Shown piece by piece: positions 12,437 to 25,010 of a stretch of 64,000 nt of DNA. Within the stretch, counting starts at the first letter, position 1. Each line of letters starts with the position of its first letter. A model generated the notes under the pieces. It was not told where the DNA came from and searched no databases. It saw only the letters and a program-made list of their open reading frames with translations. The position numbers and the translations under genes are program-made. The stretch lies in contig CM060733.1 in NCBI GenBank assembly GCA_030704615.1, positions 65,782,001 to 65,846,000 of the forward strand, in the 5' to 3' direction. The stretch is from Takakia lepidozioides. Taxonomy: Eukaryota; Plantae; Bryophyta.

Positions 12437-14046
12437 CTATCCCAAGCAGTGTGGACATAACCAATTTCCATCAAGAACCCTCTCAAGAGGTGGTGTCAAG
12501 CATCCCATGTGCCAACCTCTTGAGCATCGATCATACACCAGCATAGTAGCGGCACCACGAGCATGCCCACATAGCATGCAACGCAACCCTGCAGGTACCA
12601 CTGCAAGGTTGGGATCTATCTTCCCATCCACATGTTGAAGGTGACATGGCGCACAATTGCGCACATGGTCCTTCCATACCATGCCATCTCGACCCTCCAG
12701 AATCAACATTCCTGAAGGCAACACCTCCCTGACCCTTAGAATCACACGTCCTGCTGTGACATCCAAGGTCGTAGGCGTTGTCTACTGCAGATACACATAG
12801 TCCCCAGGGTGGAAACGCCAAACACCTGGCCGATATCCCCCTCCACGTATAGTGGCATATCTCGGTGTTGGGCAATAGCAAGGTTCTCAAAAGCCATAGG
12901 CATGACCCTCTTGAACAACTCTGCCCGCTGGGCACATGCTTGTGTCCACACATCCGAATCATCAAGGTTGAGGACTACTGCAGCCTCCCTACGAATTAAC
13001 ACATGCAAATCTGGCTCTCGGCCAAAGAGAAGGAAATATGGTGAGAAGGAGGCAAGTGACGCTTGCTTGCTAAACCTGTAGCCCATGGCTAACCAAGGTA
13101 CCTGAAGATCCCAATCTCCTAGGTGTCCCTTTTGCAAGCCATACTTGCGCAAACCCCTCTTCAATATCTACTCCATTCTCTCTGCCAAACCATCGGCCTT
13201 AGGATGATCCCGAGAAGTGGTACGGTGGTCTATCAAGGCTTTATCACACAAAGCCTGAAACTCCCCCAAGAACTCTCTCCCTTGGTCCGTGAGTACCTCA
13301 GCTGGAGCACCGAATCGGCTAAGCACACGATCTAGGAATGCATACGCAGCCCCCCATCCCCCTGCCCGCCCGCCCGCCGTCACCACACCACATGAACTCT
13401 GTGGCACATGATACCTGTCACCACAACCCAACATCGCGCACGGCATTAGTACATGACTCGGATGGATGGGATGTAACATGATCCAAGTGCTGCAATCACC
13501 CATGATGATGGACGGCTTGACATGACAGGATGTGACACATACTCATATATGGTCGTAGGGAGATCGTGATGATCATGCTTTCGTGCTTTTAGCCTTGTCA
13601 GGCAATGGAACCAACTCAATCCACTTGGAGAAGTGCTCCACCATCACCAACACATATCTGTGGTGGCGCATCGTCAATGGCAACGGCCCTGCGAAGTCAA
13701 GACTCCACCTGTAGCCCAATCCCATATTGATGGGTAAATGATGCAACTGTGGTGTAGGGGCGTTGAATGGAGCACGCACCCTGTCATACACCATGCACCT
13801 AGCCACAAACTGTTGCACCTCTGTGTACATACCATGCCACCAATATTGCCCTTGCAGTAAACTATGAGTGCGTCGCACTCCAAAATGCCCCAACTCCTCA
13901 TGGGCATGCCGCACTAACCGTGCACGCTGTGTTGGGTGAGGCACAATCCTCACCCGACCATCCTCCCACACTCGAAGCAGGTGTATCCCCTCCCACTTGA
14001 ACCTCTTGGCTCGTTGTAGGATCCGATCCCTCTCCTTGGCAGTCAC
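12437..14046 (-). mobile_element. Ty3/Gypsy integrase (H2C2, rve core, SH3-like) with C-terminal PHD finger, degenerate
   Basis: HEELGHFG...YWW...C; WSLDFAGP; EHFSKW; VLTDQGREF; HPKADGLAER; SPYFLLFGREP; then C-x2-C...HMGCLTPPL...GNWLCPHC. A ~240 bp insertion lies at about 13352-13592 and frameshifts are present. Confidence 0.9.
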
Positions 14047-14375
14047 ACTAGCTGCCGTGTCTCCATTCTTGATAAGTGAACAATGAAACAGTTCATCTTG
14101 GCATCATCGCCATTCTCATTGTTCACAATACAAAATTGGCTGATATGTACATCAAGATCCCCTTTCCCTGCATATATTGGAAAATATGGTTTTGCTCGTG
14201 TTGGAGGTACCACCATCTGTGGCCCTACACCATGCCCACTGACAGGTGCTGGTCCTCTGTGGGGTGTTGGTCCTTGAGGACCTGTTGTTATAGTGGTGGA
14301 ACTCCGGTTGGTTCCTGTGTTTAAACTTATAGCCTGCGAGAACAATCAAAATTTTAGCTCCTATCAACATCAACA
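14046..14375 (-). mobile_element. Gag fragment and LTR terminus of another LTR element
   Basis: PYFPIYAGKGDLDVHISQF is gag-like. 14305-14375 resembles the solo-LTR end at about 33059-33128 (AAACTTAT.GCCTG.GA.AACAATCAAAA...AACATCAACA). Confidence 0.55.
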
Positions 14376-15575
14376 CGTCATCAGGTGTTGGGGCAAGCGA
14401 TGGATCTCAATTGCTTGACCTGGATTATCAGCTTGGCTATGGCTGAGCAACGTAGAGTGCGGAGTGCACTTTCCTTGACGGTCTCTCTGCCTACTGAGAC
14501 GGTACAGGCAGTGAGTGAGGACGAGCCGGTGAGGACCACGGGGTGTAGACATCCATGGCACACGTGAGAGGTGCTCGAGGTTCAGAGGGAGTTGGCAGCC
14601 AAGGCCGCTGTGATGGATGAGGTTGGGGATTCTTCTTGGGTTGAGGAGGTCCTTAAGGATGAGATGATGGGGCACGATGAGGCCTTGTCACTGACTCAGT
14701 AGGCAGGGAGTACTACTCATGAGGTTGCAGCATAGCAACCACAGGACGCGTCTCCTACCTCTAAGTCTGCTGGACTTAAGGTTGCAGTTACGGAGGACAA
14801 TTGGGAGCCTGACATTAGACCCATTATCACTGGAGGAGAGAGACGACGTATACGGCGGTTCCTGAGGGCTTACAGGAATTGCTTTGCCTTCAGTTGGAAG
14901 GATTTTGGAGCACTGAAGGGTCAGGAGATTCGTATTGAGTTGGCCACGGACACGCCAATCTTTCGGAGACCCTATAGATACAGTGACATGGAGAGGTCTT
15001 TGATTCAGATCAGGACTCAAGATCTCTGGGAGGCTGGTTTGGTGGAGCTCTCTGGTGGAGAGTATGCTTCAGCCACGGTGATGCCAGCCAAGAAGGATGT
15101 CTATGGCAATTGGACGGAGAGACGTATGTGCGGTGATTACCGGCCTGTAAATCGTCAGACCAAGTTCGATAAGTATGCCATGCCCACACCGGAGGAGATC
15201 TTTGATGCCATTGGGCATGCCAAGGTCTTTAGCACTCTGGACTTGCGGTCCGGATATCACCAGTTGCAGATCAAGGAGGCAGACAAGCAGAAGATGGCAT
15301 TCTGGGGGATCAATGAGCATGGGAAGGATTGCCTATATCAGTGGCGGTTCTTACCATTCGGGCTTAAGAACGCTCCTGCAGAGTTCCAGAGAGTCATGGA
15401 CAAGATTCTAGCAGGGGTGGACTTTGCTCGGTGCTACATAGATGACATCATCATCTTTAGTGTTACGGTGGAGGAGCACGAGAGACACCTTCAGGTGGTG
15501 TTTGAGTGCTTGAAAGCGCACGGATTGAAATTACATCCGGGGAAGTGCAAGTTCTTCCACAACCAGATTGATTAT
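14376..15575 (+). mobile_element. Gypsy pol fragment: C-terminal DNMT motif X, linker and reverse transcriptase
   Basis: RHQVLGQAMDLNCLTW at 14376-14425. RT motifs RPYRYS, RRMCGDYRPVN, LDLRSGYHQ, LPFGLKNAPAEFQ, YIDD, LKLHPGKC. The linker is homologous to 21540-21720. Confidence 0.9.
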
Positions 15576-15699
15576 CAAATGGTGGTCTGGTTTTGAATGG
15601 TCCCACTACTGCTGGCTGTGGTGGTGTTGGTGTTTGTCTTCCAAACAGTGATTCAAAGCTTGGAGGTCCTTGTCCCAATGATAGAGGATTGGGGGTGAA

Positions 15700-16187
15700 A
15701 TACAAAGCCCATAAGCAAGCTGTTGTAGATCAAGGTAGCAATAAACGTCAGAAAACCAAAAAACAACAGTCTGTGCCTCCGAGTGCTATCACTTCGTTCT
15801 TTGGCAGTTGTAGGGAAAGATAATCCTGCCCAGCTGAGGTTCATTGAAGATCTGGTGCTTCTGGTCTGTAAAGGGTACATGCCCCTGCCAGTTGTTGAGA
15901 ATCCCTAGCTCCGCAGATTAATCATGAGACAGTGTGGTCAGGTTGTATTACCTAGCAGAAAACAGCTTGTGAAAGGCCATCTACCTGCTTTGTTCAAGAA
16001 AACGATGGACACATATGTTTTACCTGCCATAGCCTCTGCATCCACCATGTCTTGCTCCTTTGACTTGTGGATGTCAAGATCAGGGCATGATACCTTTGCA
16101 CTTGTGGTAAACTTTATCAACGAGGTTTGGTGTCCATGCCATATTACGGTTGGTATTTTTGAAGCTCCAGATACATCTGGACCATAG
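15700..16187 (+). mobile_element. hAT transposase fragment
   Basis: FIEDLVLL..KGYMPL.VVENP, LPSRKQL, SCSFDLWMSRSGHDTFALVVNFI...HITVGIFE...TSG (first catalytic D region). Confidence 0.8.
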
Positions 16188-18123
16188 GCTTGGGCTTGAA
16201 GACAACAAGGGCAAGCATTTGGAGAGCATTAGGAAGCTCAAGAGGTTTGAAGGGAAGCATATGGGTGAAAATTCTATGGACCATGATGATGTGAAACCAA
16301 GCCTAGAGCATTGAAGAGCTTGGAGCACATGTGGGAGATCATTGGAGGTGGTCTTCATGAAGAAAAGAGATTGTGGCTCAAGGCATGCATGCATCGCAAC
16401 TTCAACCATACATTAGCATGTGACAAGACAAGGAAAGGAAGGTGAAGCTCATGTATTCATTCTCTTTTGGCTTAAGTTTTGTGGTGGATGGTTGATCAAG
16501 CAAATGATGCTTATGTGGAGCATGCTTCCCAAGTATGGCTTCCAATTTCAAGCTTGAGGAGAGCTAGAAGGTGAAGGGAGCAAGTTGATTCCCTTGTGTA
16601 TGAGGTGACGCATGTGTGGAGCATGCTTTTGGCTTGAGCTTTGCAATTTCAAGCTTGAGAGGAGTGGCTCTTGAGCTAGCAAGTGAATGGAGCTTGAATG
16701 ACCAAGGCTTGAGAGAAGACAAGGCTTGGTGGCTTGCCAAATGAGGTACAAGCTTGATTTTGAGTTCCAATGAGAAATTGAGCTGTTGTGTGTGGCCAAT
16801 GCATTGCTAGTTGAGTTGGAGACAAGCTTGAGTAGCTTAAGGTGAAGAAGATCAAGGGAATTTGCCTTGGTACCCCATAGAATTCATGGATGCTTGAGGG
16901 GAAGCATAGAGCCCAAGGAGCACAAACCCTAGCTTGGTAAGGCTAAACCTCAAGGAAATAGAGGGGGAAGTGGCTAAAGCCTAGGGGGGAATGGCTAAAC
17001 CCAGGGGGAAATGCCTAAACCCTGGGGGGAATGAACTACTCTATGAGGGGGGAAATGGCTATTCCAAGGGGGAAATGGCTATTCCTAAGGAGAATACAAG
17101 GGGAATACAAGGGGAATACATATAGGCCCAGGGGAATACTGGGGGAATATTATGGCATATTCTTAGGGAACTTTGGGAACCTATTGGGAACTTATTGGGA
17201 ACATGGTGACATAGGAAGAGTAGAGGACCAGAGTCCTTGGAGGACTGTTTGGGGGTCCTTGGAGGACCATTGGGAGTCCTTGGAGGACTGTTTGGAGGAC
17301 CATTGGGAGGACCATTTGGAGTTCTTTGGAGGACTATTTGGGGTCTTTGGAGGCCAATATTTGGCGAGCTTGAGGAGTCTTTGGCGACTTGTGTGAGGGA
17401 CTATTTGGGGTCCTCGAGGGCTAAGTTTTGGCAGGCTCTTGGGGCCTTGGTGTATTGTTCTGGAGTCCCATTGTGCAAGGATTATGAGCCTTAGTGAGAT
17501 TGTTTGAGAGACATATTCTTGAGGGCTCCTGGAGAGTTATTTGAGAGACCCTTGAAAGGTAGTCTTGTCTATTGTTCAAGCAAGATAGTGTGGAGATAGG
17601 GTAGTGGGATGAGGGCATGTTGGGATTAGGAATTGCTTTAGTCTCTCTTCCTTGTAGTCTTTCACCCTCTCTGTAGGCCAAAACCTTTCCGTAGATGGAG
17701 GCAAGAGTCAGTCCGGGTTTGGGCTGGGGTGTCATTACAGGAGCAACACTATGGAGTGTTTTTGGTGTGGGGGATTTGCTATCTTGATTTTCTTGTGTTT
17801 GGATCCCCTCCACACGTGCATGCTTGACTGTGCGCCATGTTAGCTTTGTGTGGGCGCTTGTTTTCATAGGAGGTTGGTCCGGATTTGATCACCGGTCAAT
17901 CCTAGAGCGTGCTATCGGTGGTGAGGCTGGGGTGATGACCAGTCAGAACATCATTGTTTCTCTTATGGTGAGGCTGGGTTGATGACCAACAGACCATAGG
18001 AGTGCTTGCGGTGGATGCAGGTGCAGGTTTATGTTACGAACCTAATAGTCTAAGCCATAAGCCGCAACAGGTTCTCTACGCGGTTACCTTGTGGAAATGG
18101 GGATTAGAGACAGGTTTACAACA
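16188..18123 (+). mobile_element. Putative LTR or 5' leader of the downstream Gypsy element
   Basis: Non-coding, with short internal tandem repeats (GGCTAAACC.GGGGGAA; TTGGAGGAC), ending ..TACAACA shortly before gag. Boundaries are uncertain. Confidence 0.4.
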
Positions 18124-18299
18124 GGTGTGGTTGTGAGTTTTCATCACGGAGGTGCCACCAATTGCTGAGGAGAGTGCCGGTACGAGCACCAGCGATACTA
18201 GTGGGTATACAAGATGAGGTGTGCGGTTTAGGCCACCTTCACCTTCAGTGTCTTCTGAGGAAGGTTCAGACTCAGAATTAGGAGGATTCTCGCCAAGGG

Positions 18300-21200
18300 T
18301 ACAAGCCATTTCCGTGACATTGTTGTGAGATACGATGGAGGAAATGTATGGAGCTACCAAGGGGCCACGTCGGTACTCTGGAGCTGTGGGCACCATCAAG
18401 CTTGATGATTTCATACAGGAGTTTGATAGTTGGTGTGATTTGCAGCAGATGCGCAATCCACAACTGTTTACGCCTTTTATGGCGTGGAAGGGGCTGTTTT
18501 AGCACCTTGATGGGCCGCCCATGGATGACTACCATTTAAATTTAGGCGGGGACATGAGGTAGAGATTGAGGAATGGCGGGTGTATTGGTCACCTAACTAT
18601 GTCTCCATCACTAGAGGCACAAGGGCAGTGGTGACACTGGCAGCTACACCGGCAGCTTCTGCAAGTAGCAGTGGGATGTCAAGTGGAACAGGAGCTGGGA
18701 AGTCCACCCAAGCTCCTGCTGCAACACCAATACCCATGCCTGCCTTTAACCCAGTTGTGGAGTTCTTCGAGGAGTTAAGGAGAAACTACCAGGGGATAAA
18801 GACGGAGAAATTGCGGAGCTTGCAAAAGTTCCAACGAAAGCCTACCGAGAGGACGAGGCAATGTATTCCAGAGAGGTAGAGGAGGCAGAGGTCGTGGTGG
18901 AGGTCGTAACGAAAACCAAGGACCACAGGGTCAGGGTCAAAGTCATGACCAAGGCATGGTGGATAGGCTTGCCCAGCTAGAGCAACGTCTTGCTACCATG
19001 GCCACTACTCATGTTGCGCCAGCTCCAAGGCCTGAGGTTCAAGCCCCACCTGCACAACCTCCTATGCCTAGGGAAGACCAGATTGGTATGGGCTTCATGT
19101 ATGGAGCCGCACTTGCAGGACCATTGCATGTGGACTCTGCAGCTGCTGTCACTCGAGCAGCAACGCGTGCTCCTGAGCCAAGAGGAGCGGATGTGGATTT
19201 TGATCCCCAAATAGGGGAAGCAAGTCAGCAGACAAGGCTTCCACAGTCTTTCACATTGGCTGAGACAGTGCTAACTATGTCATCGATGACACCCGCTTGC
19301 CCAAGTGTGTCAGAGGTAGAGCCACGAGTGCCATTGGGGAAAGTTGGTATGGCTCGGGAAATGCCAGTGGGTGGTACTGCAAAGCAAGGTGCAGCCAGTA
19401 CATTGTTGGGGGCGGCTACAACAATTTGTCAAGCTCCATTGTTTTCTGCCATGACAATTGCAATGCCGGGGATACGGCCAGCTGCAGTGTTTAGACTGGC
19501 AGCTGCACTCTGTGAGAATGGTGATGCATCGGCACTATCTGCGGGGATAGTGGATCAGGTGCAGTGCATGGATGCCCTGGATTCAAGGGTGAAGACAGCC
19601 ACAACTGCGCCATGGCAAGCAGAAGCTGCAAGGTTGAAGGAGTACTTGCCACCTAGACCAGCCATTGAGCGTAGTATGGTGACTCATGGGGTAGTCATGG
19701 TGGACAATCAGGATGGTGTGTTTCAGTTGGGTGGCCCAGTCGGGAGGAGGTATAGGCCATTGTGGGTCTTGTTGGACTCGGGAGCACAGCCATTGATATT
19801 GGCCGGAGAGCAGCAATTGCAGGCTTGGGCCTTAGAGAGGTGGATTTGGAGTCTTGCCCTTTCCAAATTCAAACATCTTTGGGCGGTTCAGAGAAGGCAC
19901 GAGAGATTACACACCATGAGCTCTTCATTCGATTGCAGCCAGATCATCCTACAGATGGTTCGGCTAAAGCCATTGTTACGGACGCGATGTCTTATGATGT
20001 GCTTGTTGGTGGGGCTGTGTTATACCCGATGGGCTTTACTTTGGACTTTTGGGAGGAAACGGCATCCTACAGGCCGGAATGGCAGTCAGGGGATGGTCGA
20101 CATGCACTACTCCCAGTGCGGTTTATTGGAAATGTAGCGGTGGATCATAGGAACATGATACCCACATTGGCTGCATTCTCATGGGTGGTGGCTTGGGGTG
20201 GTGAGCTCTTGGAGGGCAATAGCCATGCAGATGATAGGCCACCACCTGATGAGGATAAACAATTGGCATACAAGGCTGATCTGCTTCCTCATGTGTCTGT
20301 CCATATTCCACTGTAGGATAAAGTTGGGAATTTGCATCGAATAGCAGGCGAGTGTGTGCATCAAGCATGGCAGGAGGCCTATCCATTGGTGAGTGAGGGG
20401 AGTTCAGTGACATCACCTGGACCTCCTCAGTTAGCTCCTTTGGACACAGTACCCATTACCTAGCAACCACCTGACTCAGGGATTTGTTTGCTAGACCTGT
20501 TTGGAGGCATGAGCACTGGGCTTGCAGGAGTGTTGCAAGTAGGGATTAAAGTACACAAGTACTTGTATGTGGAGAAGGATGAGATAGCTCGGCGTATTTC
20601 TATGCGCCACATTGTCTTGCTCACACATTGGTATCCTGAGTTGTTGTCTCTCTCAACAATTCAAGGGTATCAAAAAGCCTTGCCAGCAGACATTACCTTG
20701 CTGGGGGCGGATGATTTGGACTGGCATGGTGCCATTGACTTGATGATAGCTGGATGGCCTTGCCAAGGACACTCTCCCATAGGTCATGGGAATGGCTTGC
20801 ATGATGCACGATCGCATTTGTTTTGGGAGATGTTGAGAGTGTTGCGTGACTTGCAGACGAGGTAAGTGCAACCTCTAGCCTATATCTTGGAGAATGTTCC
20901 TCTTATGGGGGACTCTCGGGCCAGGGATATGGCCATTGTACATCAGGTGCGGTCTTGGATTGGATCGGCGGTGCTATTGGATGCAGCGGCGGTGGGATCA
21001 CGTACGCATCGACCTCGATTATGGTGGACCAATCTTGCACCACCAGAGCTGTTCAAGAGAGCATACGATTCCATTCAACGGCCACCCAATCTCACAGTTG
21101 AGGGCATTTTGGACCAAGAGAGGCAACCACAGAGGGTGCGTCATGATGACCGTCCACTTTTAGCAGTGGTAAATCAAGTGGGGCAGCCACGTGCGGCCTT

Positions 21201-22092
21201 GCCTACGCTCATGAGCTTTCCCTCGTCTCATGCTTTTCGAGACGATGCTCCTGGGTTGATTTGAGACAGTGTGCTACAGCAATTGGTGGAGCCTAATGCA
21301 GATGAGCGAAAGCAGGCAATGGGATTTGCCACGGGCACTACAGCTATGCCAGAAAGAAAGAGTCATTGGATCTCTCAAGCAGCAATATGAGGAGTGGGGG
21401 GAGCCATACACTGAGGATCAGTTGGAGGCCAAGGTGGCCAATGTCTTTGAAGAGGTTGAGAATGTTTCTTCCCCAGAGGATGTTCTCAAGGTGGCTATGG
21501 CAGAGCAAGTGGAGGCTACGCCACGGTCAGGGTGGGCGGATAAGGCCCAAGAGGTTGCTATCTAGCAACCAAATGATGCGTCTCCTACCTCTAAGCCTGG
21601 TGTACCCAAGGTTGCAGTCACTGAGGACAACTGGGAACCAGATGTTGGACCTACAGTCACCGGAGGAGAGAGATGGAGGATCCAGCGATTTCTAAGGGCT
21701 TATAGAAATTGCTTTGCCTTCGGTTTGAAGGATTTGGGGAGTTTGAAGGACCAGGAGATTCGTATTGATTTGGCAAGTGACACGCCAATTTTTCAAAGGC
21801 CCTACCGGTATAGTGACATGGAGAGGTCATTGATCCAGTCACGGACTATGGAGCTGTTTGAAGCTGGATTGGTGGAGTTGTCAGGCGGGGAGTATGCCTC
21901 GGCAACGGTAATGCCAGCTAAGAAGGATATCTATGGCAATTGGACAAAAAGAAGGATGTGTGGGAACTATCGTCCTGTGAATCGTCATACTAAGTCCGAT
22001 AGATATGTCATGCCAACTCCAGAGGAGATCTTTGATGCCATTGGGCATGCAAAGGTGTTTAGCACATTGGACTTGCGATCCAGTTACCACCA
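18300..22092 (+). mobile_element. Ty3/Gypsy element: gag - aspartic protease - C5 DNA methyltransferase - RT (truncated)
   Basis: Gag-like IKLDDFIQEFDSWC...FFEELRRNYQG; protease VLLDSGAQPLI...YDVLVGG; DNMT at 20480-21350; RT RPYRYS...LDLRSSYH, cut at 22092 by a CACTA end. Confidence 0.88.
20480..21350 (+). pseudogene. Retrotransposon-borne C5 cytosine DNA methyltransferase (DNMT3/DRM-like), interrupted by stops
   Basis: Motif I LDLFGG, II YVEKD, III ADI, IV IDLMIAGWPCQGHS, V RS.LFWE, VI YILENV, VIII HRPRLWWTNL, IX EPNADERKQAMGF..G.T. In-frame stops at 20863 and 21262. Confidence 0.92.
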
Positions 22093-22350
22093 CACTAGAA
22101 GAAAAACGCGGAATAACCACTCTGTTAACCACTCATTTTGAGTGGTAAAAGACACTAAACCACTCTGGCCCCAGAGTGATGAAGAACCAGTGGATTAGGA
22201 CAAGTGAGTGGTAAAAGACATTACGTGGCACCAGTGGTTAAGGACAGTGGTTCGAACCACTCACATCCGGGTCCACCTGTTAGCTGACGTGTCACTGAGA
22301 TAAACAAACCATTTATGACGTGTCACAGTGGTAAACTGACGTGTCATACC
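22093..22350 (+). mobile_element. CACTA element terminus with subterminal repeats
   Basis: CACTAGAAGAAAAACG begins exactly where the RT is cut. Repeated ACCACT/AGTGGT motifs follow. Confidence 0.75.
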
Positions 22351-22419
22351 CGTCTTATAAAATCTAATCCCTACTAAAAAACATAAATATACCCTACTCA
22401 ATTGTTTATATTTTCCTTA

Positions 22420-22940
22420 AGCTTGGGCTACACTATATGCCCATGGGTTGATGTATGTTCAATGAGAAATTGTATAGGTTTTCAAGTTTCTTCAATATTT
22501 GTTTCTCTTGTCATCAACCCTAAAACCTAATTCATGATCATAATCACAACACCCTAGATCCTAAACCCAAATCTACCAATTCAGTTTTTCATATTTCATT
22601 GCAGCCTTGGGTTGATACTTGATACACCATATGGATGGGTATGGGGAATTATAGGTTTTCAAGTTTCTTCAATATCTGTTTCTTTTGCCATAAACCCTCT
22701 TTAAACGTAAGGGCTGTTCCTAATCATTATATACCGTAAACCCTAAAACCTAAATCTACCATATTTAGTATATTCAGCCTTGGGTTACACCATATGGATG
22801 GATATGTTAAATTTTATAGGTTTTCCAGTTTCTCCAATATTTGTTTATCTTGTTTTAAGGTTTAGGGCAAGAGAAACCCTAAACCATAAAATCTAATTCA
22901 TAATCGTAATCCTAAAAAATCGTAATCCCCGTTCCAAATG
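22420..22940. repeat. Three diverged ~175 bp tandem units (AT-rich, AAACCCTAAA-containing)
   Basis: GC(C)TTGGG...ATGG.TG...TATAGGTTTTC(A/C)AGTTTCT.CAATAT.TGTTT recurs at about 22420, 22603 and 22777. Confidence 0.7.
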
Positions 22941-23512
22941 TACTAAGCTTATTTTCAGAAATGAAGTTGAAGTGCTAAAACGTAACACTTGGGCCTCTAC
23001 ATGGGAGAAACACTTGGGCTTAGATTTCAATTCATCACATATAGGCCAATGGCATGTAGGCTACCCTAGATCTCCCAAACTTTAGGGTCTCTGTATACAT
23101 AAGGGATTGCACTTGGACTTAGATTTCAATTCTTCACACATGGGCCTTGACATAGAAAGTGGGCATTCCTAGGATGTCAATGGTGATTTGCTTTAGCTGA
23201 CGCTCAGCAAATGCCTATTCAAAGCCTTGTTTGTACTTCTTCAACCTTGCTTGGAGAATAGCTGATGGTGATTTATGTCTTAGGGTGATACATGTTGGAG
23301 GTAGAACAACCATTGTGCTTTGGATAAGAGAATTAGGAAGGTGGGAGAAGATAAACACCATGGCATGAGAGGTGACATGGGGAGATAGAGCAGAGATGTT
23401 GAGAAATGGACAGTGGGAGTGGTATAGAGGTCAGTATTAGGGCTGTTGCAGGAAAATTTAGGATCAGATTAGGTATTAAACCAGCTTTGAATTCAGATTA
23501 GAGTGTAGAAGA

Positions 23513-25010
23513 ATGACCAGTCCAACTAGCATAGATGTACCTTACCATGGTAGGAATAGTGAAGATGTGAATGACTGGCTGGAGACAAATCAGATGGAGG
23601 CAGATGTTAGGGATTTAAATGAGGATAAAACCTTCAAGGTAGCAAGGCTCAACATGCTGATGAATGGTACCGTAAACAAAACCCTAGACCAGACAATTGG
23701 GAGGATTTCACGGCAGCCATATCAGCCAAGTTTGGTGTCATTGACTTGACAGAAATCAGGCTGAGGATGGATACCATCAAACAGGAAAGTAGACAGAGGG
23801 TTCAAACATATTTTGATAGGTTGAACCGGCTGTTTATAAGAAGTGAGGCGTCTGATTTGGAGCAGAGGCGCAGATTTACAGCGGGTTTGAGACCAGAAAT
23901 AGCAAGAGTAATGCTGGGCAGGCTTCTCTCTGATGTAAAAGAAGCACTTGAAACAGCCATTGAGATTGAGAGGGGTCTGGGAAAATTGGGGGAAATACCT
24001 CTAGAGCCCTTGGAAGGAGATGATACAGATGAGTCAGTTGTGTTTGTCAACCCTGTGGATAGAAGACTTGATCAGCTGAACACTACCCTACAGAAGTACT
24101 TTGATAGGGGACCAGTCATAAGAGAAAGCTCGGGATCTAGGACACCACCTCGTGTTCGTCTTTGTAACACTTGTCATAAAGAGGGTCACATAGCTGCACA
24201 TCGTCCAGAAGGAAGAACCCAAGCTAAGTGTGACAAATGTCACCGGTTTGGGCATTCAACGGAAATATGTGGTGTGAGATGCAACTTCTGCAAGGTACTA
24301 GGGCATACTGAGAATGAGTGCAGTAGAAAACTTGACCAGACTATGATGGGAGCTCCTGGAACTAACTTTGTAGATGTGTTCTATGATGATGAGGACAATG
24401 TACTCGCAGAAATGACAGATCTGATGTCACAAAATAGTATCAACGAGGTTAGGCTTCCAAGGAACCGCATCCCTGTCCCGAGTCCTATTGTTGAACCTGC
24501 AGAGTTACCAGAGAGGAGTGGTGAGAGTAGTGAACAGCCAAACAAGACCAAGAGTGAGATTTACCCAAAAGAACAATTTCAAGGCTGCGTAGAAGGAGGT
24601 ACCAAATCCTAAATCCTGAATCACGTCTACAAGGGGAGAATATCCTTGTCTCCCATGGACCTGATCACGACTGTGCCTGGTACAATTCCAGCTCTGAAGA
24701 TGTTGCCATGCACCTCTTTCCCCTTTTGCAAAACTGCTAGGGCAGTGTTCAGATTGGCATTTGGCACAATTCCAGCTTTGATGATATTCCCATGCACCTC
24801 TTTGCCCTTCTCCAGGGCTGCCAGACTTGCACTGTATGGAACCCCTTTTGTAATCAGAACTGATCACAAACCACTGGAGTGGTTGGCAACGGTAAGTGAC
24901 GCCTATGGATGCAGGGGTAGATGGATCATGATGTTATAGGATTTTGAGTTTAAGATTGTTCATAGGGCGGGTGCTAGGCATGCTAATGTAGATGCATTAA
25001 GCAGGTATCC
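23513..25010 (+). mobile_element. Deleted Gypsy element: gag with three CCHC-type knuckles and an RNase H remnant
   Basis: IKQ...QRVQTYFDRL...FTAGLRPEI; CNTCHKEGH, CDKCHRFGHSTEIC, CNFCKVLGHTENEC; LYGTPFVIRTDHKPLEWL...RW...DFEFKIVHRAG..HANVDALSR. Confidence 0.85.
24677..24831 (-). pseudogene. Captured PPR L-motif fragments inside the Gypsy element
   Basis: The minus strand reads ASLAALEKGKEVHGNIIKAGIVPNANLNTAL / AVLQKGKEVHGNIFRAGIVP, nearly the same as the PPR L motifs at 46-50 kb. Confidence 0.85.

Noticed and set aside
17031-17867. ORFs in the G-rich region
   Set aside because: Low-complexity repeats of a putative LTR or leader, with no protein motifs.
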